44,082 nt of DNA. Origin: Pseudomonadota bacterium. GTDB lineage: Bacteria; Myxococcota; Myxococcia; Myxococcales; JAKAPL01. Position numbers and translations under genes: made by a program. The notes below the pieces were generated by a model, which was not told the DNA's origin, did no database searches, and saw nothing but the letters and a program-made list of their open reading frames with translations. Shown one piece after another: positions 15,753 to 24,682 of the stretch. Location: assembly GCA_027451705.1 (NCBI GenBank), contig DAIDIT010000042.1, positions 1 through 44,082 on the forward strand. The letters run 5' to 3'. How positions within the stretch are numbered: the stretch's first letter is position 1; each line of letters starts with the position of its first letter.

Positions 15753-18001
15753 AGCGCCGCCGGCGTCCTCCCCGCCCGGCGGCCTTGCTCGATGCGAAGC
15801 TCTGGCGCATGATCGGCGGGGTGAGCGCGGGGCCGTCCGGGAGCTGGTCTTCGGCGCCGCCGTGGCAGCGGGCCGGGGGCGCGGTCTTCTCGCGGGCGGC
15901 CCGCCTCGCCGCGGCGCAGCCGGGCGTGCGCTGGGCGCAGCTCGCGATCCGTGGCGACCTGCTCGGTGAGGACCTCCCGCGCAGCCGCGCCGCGGTGCCG
16001 GTGGCCGAGCGCGTCGCGCGGGGGGGGCTCGCACCGAACGAGCGCGCGTCGCTCGAGCTGCTGCGAAAGCCACGTCCGCTCCCGAGCCGGGCCGCCAGGC
16101 GCGGCGTCCGGGTGCGGGTTCGCGGGGCGCCCGGCATCCTCGCCTACGCCCTGCGGATCGAGGGGCGCGTCGCGGGCCTACTGCATTTCGCCTGCGCCGG
16201 CGACGGCGCCACGCTCGAGGGCACCGCCCGCCGGATCGAGTTGCTCCTCGAGGCCGACCTGTCGCGCCGGCGCCTCGCGGCCGCCGAGGCACACTACCGG
16301 ACCATTCTCGAATCGGCGGGCGACGCGATCCTGATCGTCGAGTCGCGAACGGGGCGCGTGATCGAGGCGAACCGGCGCGCAGCCGCGCTGTCGCGCTACC
16401 GTCCGGCGGACCTCGTCGGGCGGGTGCTCTGGACCTTGCTCTCCGACGAGACGGTGCCGCGGGGCGCGCCGCCCGCGGCGATTTCGGGGCGCGACCGCGG
16501 CAGGCCCGTCCTCGCGCTCCTGAGGCGCCGCGGCGAGCCGCTGCCGGTCGCGGTCACCTTCGCGCGCGTGCCGGGGCCCACGCCGCTGCTCCATCTCATT
16601 CTGACCGACGTCTCGGCCGAAGAGCGCGCCCGCCGCGAGCTGACGCAGGCGAAGGAGACGCTGGCCGCGATCGCGATGGCGGCGGTGCGCTTGCAGACCC
16701 CGAGCGATCGGCACGCGGTCTTCGAGGTCATCGGCCGCGAGCTGGCGGGGCTCGGCTATTTCACCGCGGTGCTGCTGCCGCAGCAGGACGACGGGAGGTC
16801 CGAGGAGGGCGCGGCGGCGCGGCCATGGGAGGTCGCCCACCTCGCCGGTCCGCCCGAGCGGGCGGCGCCCCCCGAGCGGCTGCTCGGCTCGGTGTTCCCG
16901 CCGGGACGGGTGCGGCCGCTGGTGCGCGCGCTCCGCAGCGGGCGCGCTGCATTCAGCGATCGGCCGGCCGACGTGCTGCGCGCGCTCGCGCCCCCGCTCG
17001 CGGCGGACGCGGCGCGGTTCGTCGAGGCGCTCGACGTGCGCGGACTGCTCGTCGCCCCGTTCGGCCGCGAGGGTGCGGCGGCGGGCGCGATCGTGGTCGC
17101 CGGCGCGCGGCTCGGTCCGGCCGACGGCGAGGCGGTCGACGCGTTCGCGCGCCAGGCAGGCCTCGCGCTCGAACGGGCGCGGCTCTACGCGGAGCTGCGG
17201 CGCCGGTCGGCCGGGCTGGAGGCGGAGGTCGAGCGGCGCACGCGCGAGCTGACCCTCGCGGTCCGGGCGCTGCGGGAGATCGACCGGCGCAAGGACAACT
17301 TCATGGCGAACGTGAGCCACGAGCTGCGCACCCCGCTCGTGACCATCCTCGGCTACACGCAGCTCCTGCTCTCGGGCCGCATGGGGACGCTGGCGCCGGA
17401 GCAGGAGCGCTGCCTCGGGACGGTCCACCGCAACGGCCAGCGGCTGCGCGACTTCATCGAGGAGTTGGTCGACTTCTCCAGACACGAGCTGACGCGCGAG
17501 ACGCTGCGGCCGGAGCCCTTCGACATCCGGCAGGCGGTGGACCAGGCGACGGCCGCGCTCTACCCGCGCGTCCTCGAGCGCGGGCTTCGCGTGACCTCGC
17601 GAGTCGCGTCCGGCACGCCGCCGGCTTTCGGGGAGCGGAACCGGATTGTGCAGGTCTTGAGCAACCTGCTCTTCAACGCCGAGCGTCACTGCGAGCCGGG
17701 CGGGCGGCTGCGCGTCGCGGTCTCCGGGGGAGGGGGCCGCATCCGCGTCTCGGTCTCCGACGACGGCGTCGGCATCGCACCCGAGCACCGGGATCGGATC
17801 TTCGAGCGGCTCTACCAGGTTGGCGACCGGACGGCGGCCCGCGAGAAAGGCGCGGGTCTCGGCCTTGGGCTCGCGATCGCGAAGTCGATCGTCGAGGCCC
17901 ATGGCGGGCGCATCTGGGTCGACGGAAGGCCGCGCCGCGGCAGCCGCTTCCGCTTCGAGCTTCCGTCCGCGGACATCCTGGCCGCCCGCGCGCCCGCTTG
18001 A
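15749..18001 (+). CDS. Cytoplasmic PAS/GAF sensor histidine kinase
   Basis: PAS (YRTILESAGDAILIV...EANRRA), GAF-like segment, H-box FMANVSHELRTPL, N-box QVLSNLLFNA, DDGVGI and GLGLGLAI; start codon uncertain. Confidence 0.9.
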   Translation: MKRRRRPPRPAALLDAKLWRMIGGVSAGPSGSWSSAPPWQRAGGAVFSRAARLAAAQPGVRWAQLAIRGDLLGEDLPRSRAAVPVAERVARGGLAPNERASLELLRKPRPLPSRAARRGVRVRVRGAPGILAYALRIEGRVAGLLHFACAGDGATLEGTARRIELLLEADLSRRRLAAAEAHYRTILESAGDAILIVESRTGRVIEANRRAAALSRYRPADLVGRVLWTLLSDETVPRGAPPAAISGRDRGRPVLALLRRRGEPLPVAVTFARVPGPTPLLHLILTDVSAEERARRELTQAKETLAAIAMAAVRLQTPSDRHAVFEVIGRELAGLGYFTAVLLPQQDDGRSEEGAAARPWEVAHLAGPPERAAPPERLLGSVFPPGRVRPLVRALRSGRAAFSDRPADVLRALAPPLAADAARFVEALDVRGLLVAPFGREGAAAGAIVVAGARLGPADGEAVDAFARQAGLALERARLYAELRRRSAGLEAEVERRTRELTLAVRALREIDRRKDNFMANVSHELRTPLVTILGYTQLLLSGRMGTLAPEQERCLGTVHRNGQRLRDFIEELVDFSRHELTRETLRPEPFDIRQAVDQATAALYPRVLERGLRVTSRVASGTPPAFGERNRIVQVLSNLLFNAERHCEPGGRLRVAVSGGGGRIRVSVSDDGVGIAPEHRDRIFERLYQVGDRTAAREKGAGLGLGLAIAKSIVEAHGGRIWVDGRPRRGSRFRFELPSADILAARAPA

Positions 18002-18079
18002 TCCCGATCAAGTCGGGCGGGCGGGTGATCGCCTATGGTCGCGCGACTCTGCACCCCACCCGGGGGGAGGCCGTCGCGC

Positions 18080-19720
18080 GTGCGTGTACTTCTCGTCTGG
18101 CCGAAGTTCAGCAGCTTCTCGTTCTGGAACTTCGAGAAGGTGTCCGAGATCATCGGCGTGAAGTACATGACGCCGCCGCTCGGCCTGCTGACCGTCGCGG
18201 CGCTCCTGCCGCGCGACTGGGACCTGCGGGTCGTGGACGAGAACGTCCGCATGCTCGAGGATTCGGACTTCGCGGGCGTCGACCTCGTCCTCGTCAGCAG
18301 CAAGATCGTCCACCGGCTCCGGGCGCTCGACGTCATCCGCCTGGCGCGGTCGCGCGGAATCCGCGTCGCGGTCGGCGGCCCCGACCCGACGCTGACGCCT
18401 CAGCCCTACGTCGACGCCGGCGTCGACTACCTCTGTCGCGGGGAGGGCGAGGTGATCGTCCCCCGGCTGCTCGCGGACATCGAGCGCGGCGTCCCGCACG
18501 CCGTCTATGACGCGCGCGCGGAGCTCGCCGACGTGACGAAGACGCCGCCGCCGCGCTTCGACCTGATCAACCACCGCGACTACATCTACGTCGGCGTGCA
18601 GTACTCGCGCGGCTGCCCGTACCACTGCGAGTTCTGCAACGTCATCGACATCTTCAGCAACAAGTACCGGACCAAGACGCTCGAGCAGGTCCTCGCGGAG
18701 TTCGACACGGTCTACGCGCTCGGCTACCGCGGCCAGCTCGACTTCTTCGACGACAACCTCATCGGGGACATGAAGGCGGTCAAGCCGTTCCTGCGCGGCA
18801 TCGCCGACTGGATGAAGGCCCACCGCTACCCCTTCCAGCTATCGACGTCGGTGACGCTCAACCTCGCGAAGGACCCGGAGCTGCTCGACCTCTTCCGCGA
18901 ATGCCGTTTCAAGTACCTGCTCGTCGGAATCGAGAGCCCGGACGAGGAGGCGCTCAAACAGGCGGACAAGCCGCAGAACACCGGCTTCTCGATCCCGGAA
19001 GCGTGCGACGCGATTTACCGACGGGCGGGTGCGACGGTGCACTCGGGGTTCCTCCTCGGCCTCGACGGAGAGAGCGCCGACATCGCCGACCGGATCTGCG
19101 ACTGCGTCGACGCCTGTTCGATCCCGTGGGTCATGGCGGGCGTGGTCTTTCCATTGCCGGGCACTCGGCTGGCGCAGCGGCTCGACCGCGAGGGGCGCCT
19201 CTTCGAGATCGCGCGCGGTGACCGCGTGCTCGAGGTGGCGCGCGATCAGATCTCGGCCGGCCTGATGTTCCGGACCGAGCGCCCGCCCGCGGACGTGCTG
19301 CGCGACCTCGTCCGCATCATGCACCACGCCTTCGACCCCGAACTCTACCTCGCGCGCTGCGCGGAGGTCGCTAGCCGGCTGAACACCCTCCCGAACCTGT
19401 TCCCCGGCGCCTACGTCTTCTTCCGGAACCTGCGCACGTTCGCTCGCCTGTGCGTGGCGATGACCCGATCGAAGGCGACTCGGCGGCCGTTCTGGAAGGC
19501 GCTGTGGCACGTCGTCCGCAAGAACCCCGCGGGCGTCGAGGCGCTCGCGACGCTCTCCGTGCTCTATCTCCATTTCCAGTCGATGCTGCCCTACTGCTAC
19601 GAGCAGCTCGGCAAGCAGCGGGCGGAGCTCGACGCGATGGGCGAGGAGGCGTGGCTCGCCGGAAAGCTCGGGCCGCAGGAGCGGCCCGCGTTGGCGGCCC
19701 TCGGAACGGGCGGCCACTGA
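18080..19720 (+). CDS. Cobalamin-binding radical SAM protein (HpnP/DUF4070-like putative methyltransferase)
   Basis: GGAGG SD then GTG at 18080; PPLGLLTVAALLP, VDEN, VGGP and GEGE B12-domain motifs; CPYHCEFC; DDNL; GIES. Confidence 0.9.
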   Translation: MRVLLVWPKFSSFSFWNFEKVSEIIGVKYMTPPLGLLTVAALLPRDWDLRVVDENVRMLEDSDFAGVDLVLVSSKIVHRLRALDVIRLARSRGIRVAVGGPDPTLTPQPYVDAGVDYLCRGEGEVIVPRLLADIERGVPHAVYDARAELADVTKTPPPRFDLINHRDYIYVGVQYSRGCPYHCEFCNVIDIFSNKYRTKTLEQVLAEFDTVYALGYRGQLDFFDDNLIGDMKAVKPFLRGIADWMKAHRYPFQLSTSVTLNLAKDPELLDLFRECRFKYLLVGIESPDEEALKQADKPQNTGFSIPEACDAIYRRAGATVHSGFLLGLDGESADIADRICDCVDACSIPWVMAGVVFPLPGTRLAQRLDREGRLFEIARGDRVLEVARDQISAGLMFRTERPPADVLRDLVRIMHHAFDPELYLARCAEVASRLNTLPNLFPGAYVFFRNLRTFARLCVAMTRSKATRRPFWKALWHVVRKNPAGVEALATLSVLYLHFQSMLPYCYEQLGKQRAELDAMGEEAWLAGKLGPQERPALAALGTGGH

Positions 19721-19749
19721 ACACCGGAAGGGAAGCAACGGAGGCAGGC

Positions 19750-21042
19750 ATGCAAGCGACGACGGCTGCGGGCGAGGCGGCAGCGCAGGGGATCGACCAC
19801 AGGCGGCTCTACCGGCTGCCCTGGAGCCTCTCCGATAACGTCCTCGCGTGGCTCGAGCCGACGTGGGAGTGCAACCTCGCCTGCGAGGGCTGCTACCGGG
19901 CGAATACCAAGAAGCACAAGTCGATGGCGGAGATCCGGCGCGAACTCGAGATCTTCGAGGCGGCGCGCAACTTCGACAGCGTCTCCATCGCGGGCGGCGA
20001 TCCGCTGCTGCACCCGCAGATCGTCGACATCGTTCGGCTCGTCGCCGAGCGCGGCCACAAGCCGATCCTCAACACCAACGGCCTGGCGCTGAAGGACGAC
20101 AAGCTCATCGCCGAGCTGAAGGCCGCGGGCCTCGCCGGCTTCACCTTCCACATCGACAGCAAACAGGGGCGGCCGGGCTGGAAGAAGAAGAGCGAGGTCG
20201 ACCTGAACGAGCTCCGCCTCTCGTACGCGGAGCGCGTCGCGCGGGTGGGCGGGCTCGTCTGCTCGTTCAACTCGACGGTTTACGAGGACACGCTCGAGCA
20301 GGTCCCCGACCTCGTGCAGTTCGCTCAGGACCACATTGACATCGTCAACATCATGGTCTTCATCACCCTGCGCGGCGCGATGCTCGACGGAGCCTTCGAC
20401 TACTACCGCGGCGGGAAGAAGATCGACGCCGAGCCGCTCCAGTACTCGGTGGACCAGCCGAAGCAGCGGCTGGACATGACCTCGCGCGAGGTGGTGGCGA
20501 AGATCCGCGAACGTTTTCCGGACTTCGCGCCCGCCGCCTACCTCGGCGGCACCGAGAAGGCCGATTCGCTCAAGTGGCTCTTGACCGGGCGCGTCGGCAT
20601 GCCCGGCAAGGTCTTCGGCTATGTCGGTCCGCGGGTCATCGAACTCGGGCAGGTCGGCCACCACGCGCTGACCGGCCGCTACATGGCGTACCTCCCGCCC
20701 TCGATGCTCCACGGGGGCAGATCGATGCTGGCGCTCGCCCCGTTCGACGCGGGGATACGCTCGATCGCGGCCGCCTACGCCGGGCATCTCGCGCGCAGGC
20801 CGCTCGACGCGCGCAAGGAGCTCCACTTCCAGTCGATCATGGTCATCCAGCCGATCGACCTCCTGCCCGACGGCCGGCAGAACATGTGCGACGGCTGCCC
20901 CGACATGACGGTCCACGACGGACAGCTCGTCTGGTCGTGCCGCCTCGACGAGTGCCTGCAGTACGGTGGTTTCGTCCAGACCGTGCCGCGGAAGGCCGAC
21001 GCCCAGGCCCCCGTCCCGCTGCGCACCCAGGCGAGCGCGTAG
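19750..21042 (+). CDS. Radical SAM protein of unknown function
   Basis: GGAGG SD then ATG at 19750; CNLACEGC motif, AGGDPLLHP, NTNG; C-terminal MCDGCPD...WSCR. Confidence 0.88.
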   Translation: MQATTAAGEAAAQGIDHRRLYRLPWSLSDNVLAWLEPTWECNLACEGCYRANTKKHKSMAEIRRELEIFEAARNFDSVSIAGGDPLLHPQIVDIVRLVAERGHKPILNTNGLALKDDKLIAELKAAGLAGFTFHIDSKQGRPGWKKKSEVDLNELRLSYAERVARVGGLVCSFNSTVYEDTLEQVPDLVQFAQDHIDIVNIMVFITLRGAMLDGAFDYYRGGKKIDAEPLQYSVDQPKQRLDMTSREVVAKIRERFPDFAPAAYLGGTEKADSLKWLLTGRVGMPGKVFGYVGPRVIELGQVGHHALTGRYMAYLPPSMLHGGRSMLALAPFDAGIRSIAAAYAGHLARRPLDARKELHFQSIMVIQPIDLLPDGRQNMCDGCPDMTVHDGQLVWSCRLDECLQYGGFVQTVPRKADAQAPVPLRTQASA

Positions 21043-21132
21043 CCCGTCGAAGGCCCAGGCTGCGTGGATCCGCGGGGCGCCACCCGCGCCCGGCCTTCTC
21101 ATCCGGCGGCGCGGCGGGGTAAGACTGCGGCG

Positions 21133-22740
21133 ATGCCCGCTGCCGCCGAAGGCGCCGCTCCGCCGATACCCGAGGTGGCACCCGATCCCCCGCCTCCACG
21201 CACGGCGCGCTCGGCGCTCGTCGTCGGTGCCGGCATCCTCCTCTCCCGGCTCGTCGGGTTGATCCGGCAGAGGGTCTTCGCGCACTTCTTCGGCGACTCG
21301 TGGATCGCCGACGCCTTCAGCGCGGCGCTGCGGCTGCCAAATATCACCCAGAACCTCCTCGGCGAGGGGACGCTCAGCGCGTCCTTCATCCCGGTCTACG
21401 CCCGCAGCCTCGGGCGAGGCGACGAGGCGCGCGCGCGCGCGTTCGCCCGCGGCGCGCTCGGCCTGCTCGCGACGGCGGTGCTCGCGCTCTCGATCGCCGG
21501 AGTCGTCGCCGCGCGGCCCCTGACCCACGTCCTGGTCCCGGGCTTCACCGGCGACCGGCTCGACCTCGCGGTCCACCTCGTCCGGATCTTCTTCCCGATG
21601 ACGGGCCTCCTCGCGCTGTCGGCCTGGTGCCTCGGTGTCCTCAACAGCCACCGCCGCTTCTTCTTGCCTTACGCGGCCCCGATCCTCTGGAGCCTCGCGC
21701 AGATCGGCGCGGTGCTGCTCGGCAGCCGGCACTCCGAGGGGGCGATGCTCGCGCTCTGGATGGGCTACGGGGCGCTCGCGGGCGGGGGGCTGCAACTGCT
21801 CGTGCAGATCCCGCAGGCCCGCCGGCTCCTCGGCGGCCGCCTCGCCCCGACGGCGCACTGGCGGACCGACGACGTCCGCCAGGCGACCCGGGCGCTCGGG
21901 CCGGTGGTGGTCGGGCGCGGCATCGTCCAGCTTTCGGCGCTGCTCGACACTTTCCTCGCGAGCATGCTGAGGACGGGCGCCAACGCGACGCTCGGTTACG
22001 TGCAGACGCTCTACGTCCTGCCGATCAGCCTCTTCGGGGTGGGCGAGGCGGCTGCGGTCCTGCCGGAGATGGCGCGCGAGACGGCCGCGCAGAGCCTCGA
22101 GGAGCGCCACCGAGCGCTCCGCCGCCGGCTCGGCGAATCACTGACCCGCATCGGTTTCACGACCGTGCCTACGACCGTCGCCTTCGTGGTGCTCGCGACC
22201 GAAGTCGTCGGCGCCTTTTACCAGACCGGCCGTTTCGGCGCGAGGGCGACACAGGTCGTCGCCTCCGCGCTCGCGACGTACATTCTTGCCCTGGTCGCCA
22301 ACGCCTCGGTCCGGGTCATGGCCTCGGCCTTCTACGCCCTCGACGACACGGCGACGCCCGCCCGGCTGGCGGTCCTGCGCGCCGCGATCAGCGCCACGCT
22401 GAGCTTCGTGCTGATGCAGCGCTTCGACATCGTCGGGCTGTGCGCGGGCGCCGCGGCGGCAGGCTGGATCGAAGCGCTCGCGCTGGGCTTCATGCTGCGG
22501 CACCGGCTCGGTGGGCTCGAGCTGCCGGCCGGCCGGTGGCTCCGTTTCTTCGCGGCGTCGGCCCTCGCCGCGGCCGCCGGCCTCGCGGCCGCGCGGGCCA
22601 GCCACGGCTGGCCGGTGCTGCTCTCGGCGGCCGTCGCGCTGCCGGCCTTCGGGCTCGCCTATCTAGCGTCGGCCGCGGCGCTCGGCACGCCGGACGTGCT
22701 GGAGTTCGTCTCCGCGGTCCGGCGGCGCTTCACCCGGTAG
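21133..22740 (+). CDS. murJ: Lipid II flippase MurJ (MviN)
   Basis: LLSRLVGLIRQ, ADAFSAALRLPN, LLGEGTLSASFIPVY and LYVLPISLFG; about 14 hydrophobic segments. Confidence 0.92.
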   Translation: MPAAAEGAAPPIPEVAPDPPPPRTARSALVVGAGILLSRLVGLIRQRVFAHFFGDSWIADAFSAALRLPNITQNLLGEGTLSASFIPVYARSLGRGDEARARAFARGALGLLATAVLALSIAGVVAARPLTHVLVPGFTGDRLDLAVHLVRIFFPMTGLLALSAWCLGVLNSHRRFFLPYAAPILWSLAQIGAVLLGSRHSEGAMLALWMGYGALAGGGLQLLVQIPQARRLLGGRLAPTAHWRTDDVRQATRALGPVVVGRGIVQLSALLDTFLASMLRTGANATLGYVQTLYVLPISLFGVGEAAAVLPEMARETAAQSLEERHRALRRRLGESLTRIGFTTVPTTVAFVVLATEVVGAFYQTGRFGARATQVVASALATYILALVANASVRVMASAFYALDDTATPARLAVLRAAISATLSFVLMQRFDIVGLCAGAAAAGWIEALALGFMLRHRLGGLELPAGRWLRFFAASALAAAAGLAAARASHGWPVLLSAAVALPAFGLAYLASAAALGTPDVLEFVSAVRRRFTR

Positions 22741-23486
22741 GGGCCCTCGAGCGGGTCCGGGCCGCCTCCCGCGATGGAGGCGACGCGCTCGCGCGCGAGC
22801 GCGACGGCCTCCTCGGAGGCGTCGCATCCCCGGAAGCCGCAACCGGCGCGGAGCGCCGCGACGGCGGTCGAGCCGCTGCCGACGAACGGATCGCAGACCA
22901 CGAAGCCCGGCTCGGCGCTCGCGCGGACGAGGGTCTCGAAGAGGGCTACAGGCTTCTGGGTCGCGTAGGCGGCCGTCGTGATGCGGGGCACGCGGACGAT
23001 GTCCGGGAGGTCGCGCCGCGACAGGGGGCGCTTCCCCTTGCTCGCGAAGACGATCAGTTCGTGGCGCCGGCGGTAGTAGTGGCCCATCCCCAGGAGCGCC
23101 TTGTCCCAGACGAGGAGGTTCTTCACGTCGAAAACCTCGCGGACGAGGTGGCCGAGCGAGAGGAGCGAGTAGCTGTCGAACATCACATACACGTGCCGAT
23201 CGTCGCGCAGCACGCGGTGCAACTCCCGCAGCAGGGCGCGGAACGTCTCGGGGTCGTCCTGGAACTCCTGGAACCAGCGGCCGCCGGGCCGTCCGGCGTC
23301 GCTGTAACGGCCGACGATGCGCCCCCGGCCGAGCATGAGGTGCCGGTTCATGCCCGAATAGGCGGGGTCGGTCACGACGAGGTCGACCGACGCGGCGGGC
23401 AGCGATTGGAGGAAGGCCAGGCAGTCGCCGTGGTCGATACGCCAGAGGGGTGCCTCGTTCGCTTCGGTCGAGACGGCGGCGGCCAT
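22659..23486 (-). CDS. Orphan N4/N6 DNA methyltransferase (beta class)
   Basis: HGDCL, VDLVVTDPAY (motif IV), YRRRHELI, TQKP and VCDPFVGSGST (motif I) in beta order. Confidence 0.85.
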   Translation of the reverse strand: MAAAVSTEANEAPLWRIDHGDCLAFLQSLPAASVDLVVTDPAYSGMNRHLMLGRGRIVGRYSDAGRPGGRWFQEFQDDPETFRALLRELHRVLRDDRHVYVMFDSYSLLSLGHLVREVFDVKNLLVWDKALLGMGHYYRRRHELIVFASKGKRPLSRRDLPDIVRVPRITTAAYATQKPVALFETLVRASAEPGFVVCDPFVGSGSTAVAALRAGCGFRGCDASEEAVALARERVASIAGGGPDPLEGPYRVKRRRTAETNSSTSGVPSAAADAR

Positions 23487-23529
23487 GGGGCCTATCATGC
23501 ACGCAACTCTGACATCGAGAGGTGGCGCC

Positions 23530-24192
23530 ATGGAGAAGGGGTACGGGCAGGGCGATTCCGCCATCGCGGGATGGGCGGTCGCGACATTCGATCCGGAGGA
23601 CGCGGTGCTGCGGGAGATCCGTGAGCGCTCGCTCGCGAACCGGATGCCGGACATCCAGGTCGCCGCCATGGACGGCCGGCTCCTCGAACTGCTCGCGCGC
23701 GCGTCGGGGGCGCGGCGGGCGGTCGAGATCGGCACGCTCGGCGGCTACTCGGGCGTCTGCCTGCTCCGCGGCATGGGGCCGGGCGGCCGGCTCGACACGT
23801 TCGAGATCTCCGAGACTCACGCGGCGGTGGCGCGCGAATCTTTCCGGCGCGCGGGGCTCGAGGCGCAGGCGCGCGTTCACGTCGGGCCCGCCCTCGAGAG
23901 GCTCCGCGACGTCGAGGCCGAGGCGCCGTTCGACCTCTGCTTCATCGACGCGGACAAGGTGAACTACCCGGCCTACCTCGCCTGGGCGGGCGAACATCTG
24001 AAGATCTCCGGCCTCGTGCTCGGTGACAACGCCTTCGCCTTCGGCGAGATCGCGCGGGCACCGAGCGGGACGGGCGCGGCCTCGACCGCGGCGCTGCAAT
24101 CGTTCGCGCTCGACCTCGCCCGCGGCGGCCGCTTCCGGTCGACGATCATCCCCACCGCCGAAGGCCTCGCGATGGGCGTCAAGATCTGTTAG
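23530..24192 (+). CDS. SAM-dependent O-methyltransferase (COMT/CCoAOMT-like)
   Basis: VEIGTLGGYSG, FDLCFIDADKVNY and GLVLGDN motifs. Confidence 0.9.
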   Translation: MEKGYGQGDSAIAGWAVATFDPEDAVLREIRERSLANRMPDIQVAAMDGRLLELLARASGARRAVEIGTLGGYSGVCLLRGMGPGGRLDTFEISETHAAVARESFRRAGLEAQARVHVGPALERLRDVEAEAPFDLCFIDADKVNYPAYLAWAGEHLKISGLVLGDNAFAFGEIARAPSGTGAASTAALQSFALDLARGGRFRSTIIPTAEGLAMGVKIC

Positions 24193-24276
24193 CCCGACCG
24201 TGGGCTTGCGCGCCGGCGTCCGCGCACCCACATTGGCTTCCGGCGGCGCTTTCCGCGCCGCGGAGAGGGGGAGCGT

Positions 24277-24666
24277 ATGCCCACGAAGCGTGTGACCCGA
24301 CGGGCCGAGGAGCAGTTGCGGCGCGGCAAGCGGCCGACCACCGCGGCCGGGGAGTTCGTCCACGAGGAGATCGAGCACGTACGGCACGGCAAGCACGGCG
24401 CACGCTCGCCGAAGCAGGCCATTGCCATCGGCCTCTCGAAGGCGCGGCGCGCGGGGATCCCGGTGCCGTCGAAGGGGAAGTCCGCGAAGCACGCGGCGCC
24501 GAAGAGGTCCACCAAGCGGGGCGCCGCGTCCCACCGCGGCGCGTCGCACAAGCGGGCGGCCGCGTCGCTCGGGGCGCTGCGGCGGGAGTCGCGCGGGACG
24601 GTGTCGCGCGGTGCACTCGCCAGACAGGCCAAGACGTCGCGGCGGAGCACGGGCCGCCACGCCTGA
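24277..24666 (+). CDS. Small basic protein (DUF6496-like)
   Basis: AGEFVHEEIEHVRHGKHGARSPKQAIAIGLSKARRAG motif, then a K/R/A-rich tail; GGAG SD. Confidence 0.8.
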   Translation: MPTKRVTRRAEEQLRRGKRPTTAAGEFVHEEIEHVRHGKHGARSPKQAIAIGLSKARRAGIPVPSKGKSAKHAAPKRSTKRGAASHRGASHKRAAASLGALRRESRGTVSRGALARQAKTSRRSTGRHA

Positions 24667-24682
24667 AGCGCCGCGGTCGGGT

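Noticed and set aside
18080-19720. Definite hpnP assignment
   Set aside because: Family-level similarity only, and no hopanoid genes are in the window.
19750-21042. Tetraether/membrane-spanning lipid synthase (Tes/Mss) or RiPP maturase call
   Set aside because: It lacks the N-terminal Cys/His metal-binding domain of Tes, has no clear SPASM motif and no precursor peptide is nearby.
22659-24192. Restriction-modification or other defence system
   Set aside because: No nuclease or specificity subunit; the neighbour is a small-molecule O-methyltransferase.
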